The translations under genes and the position numbers were made by a program. 64,000 nt of DNA from Vicugna vicugna (taxonomy: Eukaryota): NCBI GenBank assembly GCA_013265495.1, contig MU058824.1, forward strand, positions 3,251,111 through 3,315,110, in the 5' to 3' direction. Each line of letters opens with the position of its first letter. Position 1 is the stretch's first letter. Of this stretch, positions 39,204-53,599 are shown piece after piece. The notes under the pieces are model-generated. The model ran no database searches. It saw only the letters and a program-made list of their open reading frames with translations, and was not told the DNA's origin.

Positions 39204-41184
39204 TATTCCTCTGCTGATTCTTAGTATATTTTAAGATACCAAGTTCCAGCTCCCAGTGAGCCTTCCTCATAGCAGCTGGCCCCAAGGGACAGAAGCACAC
39301 AGAGAAGCCTGAATTGTTCCATGATCAGTCACAGCAGTCCCAGAGCCCCTGTCGAAGCCTGGTGAAATTTTAGAGACTGGAAAGAATGCTGCTTTGTCGG
39401 GGCTTTTACTAAAGGATTTCCTCCTGGCCTGGATTTCTTTTCCTCATTTCAGGCCTCTTATATTGTTTTTAGATGTCTGAAGAGAGCCACCCTCACTACA
39501 GTGCCTTCATTTTGGTTTCCATGGTTATCAGATGAATTGTATTTTTATAACAGAACAAATAGCTGTTAAGTAATACGTGGTCAAGCAGTCCCCGGTTCAC
39601 TGTGGATTTCTGTTTCCTAATGGTGATCCTCTTGTGTTTTTCAGTTGCAGTGCAGTCATACTATCCTTTCCACCCTCTTTGCCTCTTTCCTTTAACAAAC
39701 ATGCATTGGTGGCAGGGCCAAGAGGAGTGGGAGTAAGTAGAAACAGTGATAAAAAGAAAAACCATATATAGACCCTGTTTTAGGGAATCTCAGAATCTTT
39801 GGAGCAGTAATCCAAGAGCATTATCACATGCAAGGGGCAAATCAGTGGGGCTGTGATAAAGATGTAAATTGGGAGCCAGCAAGAGCTTTCAGAGGTGGGA
39901 AGGAAAGTGTCATGGGCGACCAAAAACATTGCATACTGAGATGCTTTTCAAGGAAGATGTAAAAGAAATAAGTTTCTCTTACATGTGTCCGTCACATAGT
40001 AATAACAGGTGGTACAAGAGGCATCTTGTTCTTTCAGTTTGCCTTAATAAATGAACCTTCTCATAAGTCACCTATCATGGGCTTTGTCTGAAATGTCTGC
40101 TAATTTATCTCAATTACTTTCTTTCAGTTAGCTTCGTCCTCTATTAGTTTCCTACTCATACACATGGTATTGTGTACATAAAGGTAGATAAACAGGGACA
40201 TTTGATTAAGATTTGTTTCTTTCATTTTGGATATTTAACCTGTGTGTCTCATTTCACCAGCTGGGTTCTAAGCAGTCACATATTTCTCTTTTTCCAAATC
40301 TCCCAAGTCCCTCAATGCCCTCATTAGAGAAAATACTGACTTCTCCCACTTCCAAGCTCCCCCGGGGCTCAGACCGTCAAAGTCAGTCTTACTTCCACTC
40401 CAGAGGAGAAAGAACCGTGGAGTCTGAGTAGTTCATCCACATTGTTATTTCTAACACAGCTGTATGGTATCCCTATTGAAGAGCTGTCCTGCACAGACTC
40501 AAGGATGTGGTCACTGCTGCTCAGTGCCCTTACTGGACCAGGTTCCTGCCAGCTTGATCCCATGCTTGGATTCCAGGGTTAGAGTTTTTTTAGTTTACAC
40601 TCACATGCTTAGCCATTCTCCCAAAGCACCACACTCTGGGCGGTGTGTTGCTGAGTCTGTCACCAGGCTGAGTTCCCCCAGCCTCCAGGTGAATTCTCTT
40701 TAGGGGAGCATATGGCCTTTGGCAGCCCTGGTCAGGATCACCCTAGACCGCCCAAGAGGTTTCCGAATTTTCAGACCTTTTATCAGGGTTTAGAGGCTGA
40801 ACCCCTTCTCTTCCTAACCCTAACCTGAAACCTTTTGGCACATTGGTTCTACTCCTCTCCAGGATTCTGCCTACTGATGATACTCAGGAATGCCAACCTT
40901 TAACCAGATAGCTACCCTTGGACTTTGGGTGCCTACTCACCTCTCTTTTCACATGTAAAAGGAATCCTCTGGAGACTCTTGGGAAAGCACAGATCTGTCC
41001 CCAAGAGTCTCTGTCTCCAGCTATAGTCCTAAGAGAAGTAGGCATCGCTGCAAATTTACTTGGCATGTATCCTGTTAGAGATTTTGGGGACAAGGTTTTA
41101 ATTTAAAACTGAAGAATTTTCAGTTCCCTCAACCTAAGAATCAAACAATAATCAATGTGTTTATTTCCTTGTCTTTTGTTTCAA

Positions 41185-44070
41185 ACTTTTAAAATGTGAG
41201 ATATAACAAAAATGCATGCAAGTAAAACCCATGAATATATAGTGTAACAATTCTAAGGAAAATACACACGTAACTGCCGTTTACGTCAAGAAATAGAACA
41301 TTGCCAATACTCAGTAGCACCCCCTTCCAAATCCTAACCACCTCTCTGGAAGAAACCACTGTCTTGACTTTTGTGATAATAATTTCTTTTCTTTGTAGCT
41401 TGTCACCTATATTTGCATCCCCAAAGCATACAGTTCATTTTTACTAGTTTTTTTTTAACTTCATACATATATAATCATACTGTGTGCATTTTGTGTTTGC
41501 TTCTTTTGCTTAAGTTGTTTGTGAGACGAATCCACACAGTCATCACTAACAGTGTTTCATGATATGAATATGTCATAATATAGGGATTGTGTCACCTATA
41601 GGAGACAGATACTTGTGTTGGTTATAGTTTCTGAATACCAAGAACAGTGCAGCCACAAATGTCTTTAGACATTTTCTATTGTGTGTATGAGCAAGTTTCT
41701 TTAGGTTATATATGTCAAAGTGGAATTGCTTTTCTAAATAATGACAGTTTTCTAAGTGATTGTACCTGTTTACTTTCCTTCCAGCCATATATGAGTTGTT
41801 TCACATCCTTGCAAATACTTGGTATTATCAGTTTAAAATTTTTAAGCTACTCTTGTGGGTGCATGATATCTCTGTGGTTTTAGTTTTCTGTCCTTGATGG
41901 CTACTGATGAGCACTTTTTTTTTAATTGGTTAACCAGATGGCCTCATTTGTAAACTGCTTTACAAAGTTTTGCCTATTTTTCCTTTTTTTTTTTTTACTG
42001 ATTTATTGGAGTTCCTTATAAATTTTGGTTAGTGGTCCCTTGTCAGTTGTAGGTTTTAAAAGTATCTTCTACTCTGTGACTCTCTTTTCACCCTCTTAAG
42101 TGTTGATACCTTAGAAGAATCGAAGGAATGGGGATTCTTGTTCAAATGATAGTTTGGGAGAAGTGCTCAGGAAAAGAAGAATGAGAAAGCAGGATTGGGG
42201 TCAGGGGCGAGGGGAAGAGAAGTGTAAGTAGGTGAAGGGGCAGTTTTCTGGAGAAGGACCTCTGCATGTTGTTATCAGCTGACACATCTATCTGGGGGTT
42301 GGATGTGCTACCAGTGATGAGCTGGGTGTGCACCAACAGTATTCTCTTCCGTCCGTCTGATATATTCCTTTCCTATGTCAAATTCGCTCTGTCCAGATAC
42401 ACTCTGGGATTCTGATTGGTCACACTTTCTGGGAGAAGTTACAAGAGGAAAGTTAGCGAGACAAACGACAGTCTCTGTTGCTACAAGTAGTCCAGAGAGC
42501 TAATTGATGCCCATCGTCTTCCTCCTCCACCATCCGTTTTACTTTCCCCTTTCTTTGTCCCTTGAATGTTGGAGAGAACTCAGTGAAGCAGCCACCTGGG
42601 TCTAGAAGTTTGTTTTCTTTTATTATGTTATTTTTGACCACAGATTATATGTTTTTAATGGTTCTAGGACAGTTTTTAAAGTTTCTTTTTCAGTTAGTTA
42701 TAGAAAGTAACTTTTTTTCTAGGAATTTGTCCCTTTTAAAGTTTCAAATTTATTTATATAAAGTTGTTCATAGTATTTCTTCATTATGCTTTTAATGCCT
42801 GCAACATCTGTAGCTATACCCACTTTTCATTCTGATTTCATTTTTATGCCTTCTCCTTTTTTTTCTTCTTGAGCTTCAGTAGAGATTCCTTTCAAAGAAC
42901 CAACTTTTGTCTTCATTGGCTTTTTCCATAGTAAATTTATTTTCTATTTCATTAAGTTCTGCTTTTTTTTTTAATTTTACTTTCCTTGGGTGTATTTTGT
43001 TTTTTTCCCCCTAACTTCTTGCAATGGATGCTTGGTTCATTAATTTTTATCCTTTTTATTTTTATTCTTTTCATTTAAGGTTAAACATTTTTCTCCAAAT
43101 ACTGCTTAGCAAGAGCTCACAAGTTTTGATATGTAGTATTTTAGTCATTTATTTCTATAAATATTTTCTAATTTCCATTGTGATTTCCCCTTTGACTCAT
43201 AGGTGTCTTAGAAATGTGTTTTTCAATTTCCAAACATATGAGTATTTTCTACTTATCTTTTATTAATTGAGCTTGTTCTGTATAATTTTAGTCCTCTGAA
43301 AGTTGTTAATTTCTGTTAGGGTTGAGTTTTTATAAGTGTTATATGTGTACTTGAAAGTAAAATGTATTCTATAATGATTGGATTCCGTGTTCTATGTAAT
43401 GCTATAAGATCAAGTTTATTATATTCAACTCTTCTACATCCTTACTGATTTTTTTGGCCTGTTCCAGCTATTATAGAGAGAAATGTGTTAAAATACACAA
43501 TTATGATTATGAATTTATCTCTTTCACCTTTTAATTTTTTGCTTTATGTCTTTGAGCCCAATTATCAAGTTCATATAAATATGAGCCTCTTATATCTTCC
43601 TGATGTATTAATCTTTTATCATTATGAAGTTGCCCTTTTTATTTCTAGTAAAAGAACTCTTTTTTTAAGCTTGAACTGTATTTCAACATATCTACACCAT
43701 CTTGTTTGGTTAATCTATGCAAAGTGTATCTTTTTCCTTCCTTTTAGTTTCGTCTTTTCTGTATTTATGTGTTTTAGATATGTATCTTATAAATAGCATG
43801 CAGTTGGGGGTTGCTTTTTTATAGCCTTTGTCTCTTCCCCGGAACATTTAGTCCATATTCATTTAATGTAACCATGAATATATTTAGGTTTAAGTCTGTC
43901 TTCATATTTTTTGCTTTCAGTGTGTTTGTCCTGCTAGTACTGCATTTCGTTTTAGCTCTTTCGTCCCTTTTGGGGGTATTATTTTTAATCATCTACTTTT
44001 TTTCCCTTCTACTAGTTTGGACATTATGCACTTGCTCTTCTTTAATGGTTACCCTTGAAATTTTAGTTTA
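41185..44070 (-). mobile_element. Old L1M fragments, interrupted by an LTR-like segment at about 42100-42545
   Basis: Long T-rich antisense L1 3' and ORF2 sequence, e.g. aagaaatagaacattgcc and ctttcaaagaaccaacttttg. Confidence 0.7.
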
Positions 44071-47000
44071 GCCAGAGTTGATAAATTACGGAGGTGATAA
44101 TATCCCTACTCTTCTTTTGGATAGTACAGGGGCTTTGGACCACTTGAACTCTCTTTTCCCTTTGCCACTTAGGGGTAGACCTTTAATACAGTGTATCAGC
44201 TTTGATTAGAGTCATTGAAGGATCCACAGATGGAACAAATGAGATGAGGGAGGGAAAAAGTGAGAGGGCAAAGAATTTACTTGAGAAAACTATGTGTGTC
44301 TTTATCAAGACTCTTCTGGTTGCATGTGATCAACTTAGGCACTCTTAACTTTGAAAGGAAACCTGTTGGCTTATAAGACTGCATAGCTGGATCCAGGGGC
44401 TCAGAAAACATTTTTAGGGCGTGATCTCTCTGTCTCTCTCAATCACAACCTTGCTAGTCCTAATTTGGCTTAATTCCACAGATGGACTCTTCTGAGTTGT
44501 CCCCATCACTGGCAAGGGGGATAGGATATTCTGATTATCTACTTTGGGTTAAGTATCCATCCTTTGTGGAGGAGGGCTGAGGCACTCTGAATGACAGCCC
44601 CGCCAGGACTAAATGAAGTGGAAGTGGGGTTCCTCTAGGGAATCAAAAGAGGAAAGGCGTGCCGAGAAGAAAAAAGTTACAGCCACCACAGTCCACTCCA
44701 CTGAGTAATGACTGGAAGAGAGATGCAAAGAACGAAGAGGGTTAGAGGGTTTGGAATTGGAATTAACTCAGTTAATCTGTACAAGAAAGAAAGGGGAGGA
44801 CATCACCTTGGGCCTTGGGGCTGCCATCGATCCAGATCTGTCTAGACTCTGGGAAACCCAGCCCTACTATGGTCCTATTCTTGCATTTCCATAAAATCCC
44901 ACACCCTTATAGTCCACATATACCCTTATGAAAAGCTCTCCCTTATTTGCATTTGCAGTCAAAAGACTCACTAAAACAGACATTTGGAACTTGGGGGTAG
45001 TGCCTACATAGGTGGATTTCTGTTGCTGCCAGTGATCTTCCAATCATACTGTTCTGAAAAGAAAACACACTGTCATCAGATGCTCGGCAGCCATAAACTT
45101 TGTTGGCTCGGTTCCAGCAAAGAATCCGCTATACCCACTGCTTGGCCTGGTGTGACTATCTGCTTTGTAGGCCAGGAAGCAGGGCAGTAAGCGCCGATCC
45201 GTCTTTGGTCTCCTTGTTCTTTATCTCACTACAGAAAGCCCTAACTTAATTTATTGGCTACAATTAAATTTCTTTTCCTAAGATGTTGGAGGGTTGTTTC
45301 CAAGGCAATACAGAAAAAGAAAGAGAAAGGAATTTAGGGAAAGGCAGGAGTCATAGGAGAGAGGGAATTCATCACCATTTATTGTGTGTTTACTACGTGT
45401 CAGGCACAATGTTAAGTGGTTTCCATTCATTCTCTCATTTTATCCACACAACTGCTCCCTCAGGTATTATTATCCCCACTTTTATAGATGAGGAAGCTGA
45501 GACCCAGGATGGGCCAACTCCATTGAATGTGTAATCTCGGGTGTAAAGTAACAGTCACTTGGTATGGAATTGTCTCAAGCTGAGAGTGATTAAAGAGAAA
45601 TGCCTGGGAAGCTGAATGTGCCCGAGTAGGAGGCAAGAGGGGGTGAGAAAGAGACGCCATCAGTTTTCTAGTTTCCTGCACAGACCAAGCCGCCTGGGTG
45701 GAGGCCAGAGGGTGGCGGCCAAGATGTCTGGGTTGGCTGGGGGCCCGCTTGAAGTCTGTGTTGTTTCTCATCACTGCTGCACTGCTCCCTGCTGGCCAGA
45801 GGTCTGCTGCCTGGTAGATGAGCCTTAATTTTCGCGTATTCAGGCTTGAGGTCCCTAAATCTCCAGACCAGGCTTCCTAACGGAGTGCTGCTATGTCACA
45901 TCCAACTCCGACACGGTGTGACACTCTAATGCATAATAATTGCAGGAGTAAATTCATTCTTATTTCATGACCTGTGAGTTTGTGTGTAACAGTGAGGTTA
46001 GAAGGTCCATCACGTCACAAGTTAGGAACCCCAGAACCCCAGCAAGTAAACTAAGGAGGCAGGCTGTTGTAGTGGAAAGAGCAGGGTCTTTGGACTCAGT
46101 CCAGCCTGGGAACGGCAGGCGTACTGCTTACTAACAAATTGAAAAACGGAGCAATCGTTTATTCCTGGAATTGGGCGTAAGAAGACTGCTACCTCTAGGG
46201 TTGTTGTGATTGCTTATTGAGATAAGTTAAAAAGCACCTGATGTTTAGAAAGCCCTCAACACACTTTCCCCTGTCCCCTTCAAGGTCACCCAGTGAATCA
46301 GAATCAGGACTGTAACCCAGGTTTGGGGTTTCCTGACCCAGCGCGCTCTCCTCAGGGAGAATGAATGAGCAGTGCATTGAAGGAGGAAGAAAGGGCCCTT
46401 ATAGCTCCCAGCCACACTCAGAAAGCACTATATGTCCATCAGAACACAGAGTTCCAGTCTGTGTCATCAAATTTCAAAGCTGAAAATAAGAAACAGTTGG
46501 TTATTGCTCGGCATGAAGAGAACTGAGGTTTGAAGAAATGATAAAAAGCCCTGATGAGGTTTTTGCCATCTTTAGTTTCAAGTTTTGTTTCATTTTCCAG
46601 TAGTGTGTATGTGTGTAGGTGCAGGTATGTGTGCAGGGCTCTTTCGTGGTTCACCGTATTTTACTCTCTGTGTACTTTCAAACTAAAATCCACAAAACTT
46701 TAGGAAATGTACTTTGATTTGAAGAAAACTCTAAAATCATTAACCCATTACAGTTCCTCAGCTAATACAATTTGTAGTTATTTGCACTGGTGTTTAGTAT
46801 GCCTCATAATGTGGGAGGAAAATACCCTTTTTTTCCCTTTGTCAATACTAAATAGAATTCTGAGCTATCCTACCACTTTTTCCCCTTTTTAATTAAAAGC
46901 AAAGTTCCCTCCTCTTTAATACTGTTATGGTCTCCCTTAAGTAGGAAGGAAGTATGTTTTCTTCATTATACAAACATGGGACATGAACGCAGAGTTGTTA

Positions 47001-47540
47001 AGTCCCCACCCTCAAGATTACCCAGTGAGGGGGAGTCAGGGCCCCAGCTAGAAGCCTGCTGAGTCCCTTTTGTCTGACTCATCTCAGTTTGGGGTAGGGC
47101 CTTTGGTGCTGGGACTCTGCAGCACTGCCCCCCAAGTTAACAAAAACTCTGCATGAACTGATCCAGCTGGTGTTTCTTCTTGACCCCTTCAGATTCCTGG
47201 AGCTTTGGCCACACTGAGCTTCTTACTGTGTCCTCAGTCGGCCAGAGGTTTCCTACCACAGGACATGGCTGACACTCCTTTCTCTGCCCACAGTCCCCCT
47301 TCCCTCATTCTCTGGATGCCCGACTCCTACCCATATCTCAGAGTCCAGCTCAGCTGTCTGCTCTTCCATGAAGCTTGACTAAATAGTTAAAAACCCAGTC
47401 TTTGAGGTCAGACCTGGCTTCGGAAGGGGCTCTGCTGCTCTCTAGCAGGGTGAGATTTGGGGTTAGTCATGGCCAGATGGCACCTAAGTTCTCCCAGGCT
47501 TAGTTTCTTCATCTGTAAAATGAAGACATTAATGCTTTAA

Positions 47541-47685
47541 ATCAGTGCTTCTTAAACATACAGCATACATGAGTTCCCTGGTGAAATGTTAAAATGCCAG
47601 TTCTGATCTAGCAGGTACAGAGTGATGGCATGAGTTGGCATTTCTAACCAGTTCTAGGTCCTGAAACAACATTCTGAGTTATAAG
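47541..47685. mobile_element. MER5-type hAT MITE nested in a MIR
   Basis: cagtgcttcttaaac..gttaaaatgc..ttctga..gcatttctaac, splitting a MIR into two halves. Confidence 0.6.
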
Positions 47686-48164
47686 GTTTTGAGGAAATGT
47701 ACAGAATAAAAGGAAATAATGCATGAAAAGTGCTTAATAATGTGCCCTTCAGACAGTCATGCTAAGTAAATAGTAGCACCTGCTGTTTTGTTGTCTTCCC
47801 TTGTGATTGGCTGATTCCTCTAGCTGGGGCCCATGTTTTTATTCTTTACACAAGGGCTTTCCCTCTTTTATGACACTGAGCACTTTTTCCCTTTTACTCT
47901 GTGTGTGTGTGTGTTTGGGGGGAGTTGTTTTTTGTTGTGTTTTGGTTTTTGGTGGAGAGATCTTTGTCTCCTACCAGACTTGAGGATGGGGTCTTTATCT
48001 TATTCCTGACTCCACTGCAGTTCTTATCACACAGTCTTATACCTAGCAAGTGTTGACTGAATACTTGGGTTGTATTTACTACTTCATTTTTTTTTTAATT
48101 CCACGAGGACCTATGTCACAGTAGGGATCCTATAGCTAATGGTGTGAATAGTCTCAGCTGTTCT

Positions 48165-48260
48165 TTTTTTTTCCCCCACCTTAACAGAGGCACTGGGGAT
48201 TGAACCTGGGACCTCTTGCATGCCAAGCATTCACTCTGCCACTAAGCTTTACCCCTACCC
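48165..48260 (-). mobile_element. tRNA-Ala-derived SINE (camelid vic-1-like, short tail)
   Basis: Core ggggattgaacctgggacctc. TSD CTCAGCTGTTCT (48153-48164) / CTCAGCTATTCT (48261-48272). Confidence 0.82.
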
Positions 48261-49704
48261 CTCAGCTATTCTGATACCAGATAATGATAATGGTGATCAT
48301 TCATTCATTCATACATTCAGTGTTTTCTGAGCACCTCCTGTGGACTAGGCATAGTTCTAGCAAAATATAAAGCAGTTATACAAAGTTTCTGCTTTTAAGG
48401 AGCTTACATTTTCCTCAGGGGAGACAGGTAATGAATGAAAGTATTATATAAAATGATAAGCTCTTTGCAGAGAATGCTAGTTGGTCGCAGTGAGTTTCTT
48501 CACAGCAGGTGTCCAGACGCTGTGTCCCCTGGCCACCCTGTGTCTGCCTGTGCTGTCTCACTTTTCACATGGACAGTCCCTGTGCTGTAACTCGGGACTT
48601 CCCCATGTCCCCCTCACCCACCCCATGTATCCACTCACACAAAGCAGTAGCTGCATAGATGTCACTGGAGATTTTATTCCTGACCCCAACTTGCCCACCC
48701 ATCACGATGTCCGGCAAACTAAATGGGCTGTAGCAGCCACCCTCCCAGAAGCAGTGGCTGTCCAGACAGCAGAACAAAGCACAGCAAGGCTTTGGTTCCG
48801 GAGCCTTATGTTGACCAAAGTTCTATACAATTTTCTCAGGGTATTTACTCCCAGTCTCTCCGTTACCAAGTCCTTTTCCATGTCATGCCCTTTAGGTGTT
48901 AGGCAGACAAGGACTTGGTCATCAGACTTCTCTCTCTTCACTGTCTAGTGATCATATGCCATTCCTGGCTTTAAATGTCATTCAGGTCTCTGTTCAGATG
49001 TCGCTTCACTAGAGACCTTCCCTGACAACCCTATCTAAAATAGCACACCTGTGCATGCACACACACAGAGCCCTTAGACTGCTTTATTTCTCTTCATAGC
49101 ATTTATGTTGTTATTTTTTAAATGTTTGGTCTGTCCCTGAAGGTAGGGACTTTGTCTTGTTTACTGCTTGTCAGTACTTGGAACAGTGCCTAGCGTAGTA
49201 GTAGACAATCAACGAATATTTGTTGAATAAATGATTTTTTTCCCCTTTGGAAAAATCTCAAAATCCTCATGAGGTGTGGCAAGATAGCCATCATTAGTCT
49301 GTTTACAGATGAGGAAGGTTAAAGGATTTGCCTCAAGTCATGGGGCTGGGAAGCAGTAGAGTCTGCTTGTTGAGAGTCAAGTTTCACGGGACTCACCTCC
49401 CAAGAGGGTGGCCTCTGCCTTGCCCACTGAGGCTGGGGACACCAGTGGCCCAGAGCATGTGGATCCCTCCAGTGTGCGGTTAGGTGGAGGCCACACAGAA
49501 ACCCCGAGTTCTCACACTCTTGGGAACACATTAAAAAAAGGAACAGCTTGAGGCCTATGTCAGGACCTGCTTCCTCCCATCCAAACAAGTTCCCACTGTT
49601 GTTTCTCCAGTTCTTTACAAGCACAGGCCCTGGGGGACATTTGTTACTTTGAATTATAGATTAGAGGCCATAATGGCAAAAAGAAAAGGCAGAACTTGAA
49701 TACA

Positions 49705-51625
49705 TTTTTAAAAACTTAAGTATAGTTGATTGCAATATTGTGTTAGTTTCAGATGTACAGCAAAGTGATTCAGTTATATATAAATATTTTTCAGATTATT
49801 TTCCATTATGTGTTATTGCAAGGTATTGAATATAGTTCTCTGTGCTCTACAATAAATCCCTGTTGCTTATCTACTTTTTGTATAGTAGTTTGTATCTGTA
49901 TCTTTGGTGACCATAAGTTTGTTTTCTACGTCTGTGAGTCTGTTTCTGTTTTGTGTGTATATTCATTTGTATTATGTTTTAGATTCTACATATAAGTGGT
50001 ATCATGTAATATTTATCTTTCTCTAAGTATAATATTCTCTAGGTCCAACCACATTGCTGCAAATGGCTGAGTAGCATTCCATTTTATGTATGTGTATATC
50101 TATATATGTATATATACACACTACATCTTCTTAAGCCAATGGCCTGTTGATGGGCTCTTGGGTTACTTCCTCATCTTGAAAATTGTAAATAATGCCTCTG
50201 TGAACACTGGGGCATGTGTATCTTTTTGAATTAGAGTTTTCATCTTTTCTGGATATATACCCAGGAGTAGGATTGCTGGATCATATGGCAAGTCTACATT
50301 TAAGTTTTTAAGGAACCTCCATACTGTTTTCCATAGTGGCTGCACCGATTTACCTTCCCACCAACAGTATAGGAGAGTTTCCTTTTCTCTACACCCTCTT
50401 CATCATTTATCATTTGTGGACTTCTTAATCATGGCCATTCTGACTGGTGTGAGGTGATACCTCATTGTAGTTTTGATTTGCATTTCTCTGATAATTAGCG
50501 ACATTGAGCATATTTTTCATGTTCCTATTGGCCATTTGTATGTCTTCATTGGAGAATTGCTTGTTTAGGTCTTCTGCCCATTTTTGGATTGGGTTGTTTG
50601 ATTTTTTGTTATTAAGTTGTATGAGCTGTTTGTATATTCTGGAGATTAAGCCCTTGTCAGTTGCATCATTTGCAAGTATTTTTTCCCATTCTGTAGGTTG
50701 TATTTTTGTTTTGTTAATGGTTTCCTTTGCTGTGCAAAAGCTTATGTTTAATTAGGTCCCATTTGTTTATTTTAGTTTTTGTTTCTATTGCCTGGGTAGA
50801 GTGCCCTAGGAGAACATTGCTAAGATTTATGTCAGAAAATGTTTTGCTTATGTTTTCTTCTAGGAGGTTTATAGTGTTTGTCTTCTGTTTAAATCTTTAA
50901 GCCATTTTAGGTTTATTTTTGTGTATGAAGTGAGGGAGTGTTCTAACTTCATTGATTTACGTGCAGTTGTCCAACTTTCCCAACACCACTTCCTGAAGAG
51001 ATTGTCTTTTCTACATTGTATATTCTTGCCTCCTTTGTCAAAGATTAATTGACCATAGGTGTGTGGATTTATTTCTGGACTCTCTATTCTGTTCCATTGA
51101 TCCATATGTCTGTTTTTGTGCCAGTACCATGCTGTTTTGATTACTGTAGCTCTGTCTGACATCCGGGAGTTTTATTCCTCCGGCTTTGTTCTTTTTCTTC
51201 AGTATTGCTTTGGCAATTCTGGGTCTTTTGTGAGTCCATATAAATTTTAGGATTATTCTAGTTCTGTGAAAAATGTCCTGGGTAATTTGATATGGATCAC
51301 ATTTAAATCTGTAAATTGCTTTGGGTAGCACATCCATTTTAACAGTATTAAATTCTTCCAGTCCAAGAGCATGGAATATCTTTCCATTTCTTCAAATCAT
51401 CTTTAATCAATGTTTTGTGGCTCTCAGCATATGAGTCTTTCGCCTCCTTGGTCAGATTTATTCCTAAGTATTTTACCTTTTTTTGGATGTGATTTTAAAA
51501 GGGATTTTTTCTTTACTTCCCTTTTCTGATATTTCATTGTTAGTGTAAAAAAAATGCAACTGATTCTTGTATGTTAATGCAGAACATATCCTGCTACCTT
51601 GCCAAATTCTTTTAGTAGTTTTTGA
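49705..51625 (-). mobile_element. Relatively young, 5'-truncated L1 (ORF2 C-terminal region and 3' UTR)
   Basis: Minus-strand ORFs [37 protein letters not shown] and [19 protein letters not shown] are classic L1 ORF2. Confidence 0.93.
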
Positions 51626-51629
51626 AGTG

Positions 51630-53125
51630 GCACAGTTTTGGAAATTGAGGACAGATTGGTGGTTGTCAGGGATTAAGGACAGGAAGAGGAGTTAGGAGGG
51701 TGGTAGGTGTAATTATAAAAAGGTAATGTGAAGGACCCTGTGGTGTTGGATCTGTTAGTGTCTTGACTGTGGGTAGTGGATACATAAACCTACACAGGTG
51801 ATAAAATGGTACAGAATGTAATACAGACACACAAAAACGAGTACCAGTGAAATGGGAAATCTGAATAAGGTGGTAGATTGTATCAGTGTCACTGTGGTAT
51901 TATAATACAGTTTTGCAAAGTGTTACCACTGGGGGAAACTGGGCAAAGCATACGAGAGATCTCTGTATTATTTCTTACAACTTCATAGAGACCTACAGTT
52001 ATCTACAATTATCTTGATAAAAATTTCAGTTAAAAAAAACACAAATTTTTAGAGAAATGTCTGGGCAAGAGATGTAAAAAATGAGCCAGGCGCATCTTGA
52101 CATACCGTAGAGCGGGGAAACTATCAAAGACCACTTGTGCCAAAAGGACTGAGGAACTAAATTGAGGCCGAAGATGGCTCAAAATGAACTTCAGTAAGAA
52201 TAGCAAATTCAAAGACTTGAAATCTGGAGAATATGTTTAAATCCATCTCTTCATAATTATAGTTTAAACACACACACACACACACACACACAGAACCCAA
52301 ATTGGTTACCTTCAAAGAGTAACAGGGGAATTCAAATTCATCATCTTGAAACCTGGGGAATGAAAGAGTCAAGCTGGCCATTCCTAAGTGGACTGTCTCT
52401 CTGGGCAACCAAATGGTAAATGCAGAGATGACTTTCCTAATGAAGTTATTTCAGCAAATAAATCAAAACCAAACAATCCAGTTGGAGTATCCTGTTTTGT
52501 TACCCCAGGAAATGAATGGATCTAAGCCTTGGGCATCTGCGGGCACTAACATCAAAAAAGTGACAGCCAGCCTTGTAGACATCTCCCAATGGAAAGACAC
52601 ATGACCATTTGTAGCCTTGCTAAAGGAATGTGACTGAGTCTGGTCAGGCCTCCGGCTCCAGCTGCCAATACACAGGGAATACAGCTGGCAGGGCAACAAG
52701 TTGAACTCTCACAAAAATGTATACAGAAAAGTCCATACTGAGAAATTTTGGTCAAATGGTTCAAGTTCTTCAACAGATACATTATAAAGAAAAGAAAGGG
52801 TTGGAAGGGGAACCTATAGATAGAATGGGAATGAAACACATATCAAGCTGAAAACCTAAGGACGAAACTAAATTGTAGTATCTAAGAGTGTGTACTTAGG
52901 TGCTAAACACGAAGAGACTCAAGGAAGGAACCACTGCACAGTCAGAAGGGAAACGTTTACCTTGGGGAGGGGGGATTGGGATGAGGCACATGGAGAGGCT
53001 TCTGCAGTGTCTGGCAAAATTCCATTTTTTGATCTAGGAGGTGGTTAACAGGATGTTTGCCTTAGAAAATGATTCGCTAACTACACATGTGCTTTGTGTC
53101 CTCTGTTTAGTTTTACATTTTTAAA
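51630..53125 (+). mobile_element. L1MC-type 3' region fragments
   Basis: cagattggtggttgtcaggg.., ggggaaactggg..atctctgtattatttcttacaact. Confidence 0.7.
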
Positions 53126-53599
53126 AGGCTGTGATAGGGCTGTTCTCAGGTTGCTGTGGGAAGCCAGAGGATGCACTTAATCTCTAAGGAGAACAGATGA
53201 GGAAAGGCCCTCTGTAGGTGTTATCAGGAGAGTGAGGGGAGGGGAAGAGGAGTGTCAGGGATGAGGCTCGAGAAATAGACAAGCTTGTGACCTGCCTCCT
53301 AGAAGCCATGGGGAGCCACTGAAGAATTTTACACCAAGTGGCATGACCAGATTCATATTATAGCAAGATTCTCCTGGCAACTGAATGTCATATGATTGGA
53401 TGGAAGTGGGACCAGTTCCAGGGAGACCAGTTAAGAATCTACTGTAATAATCCAAACTAAAGATGGTGAAGCCAGAAATAACACAGTGATAGAGGAAATG
53501 ATTAATTTGAGAATTCTTAAGGAGGCAGAACCCCAGAGCTTGAGAGACTGCCTGGGGGGGGAGGGGGAAGGAAGGAGAGAGAAAAGAAATCAAGGAGGT

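Noticed and set aside
40812..40832. CCTAACCCTAACC telomere-like motif
   Set aside because: Only about two units, consistent with chance.
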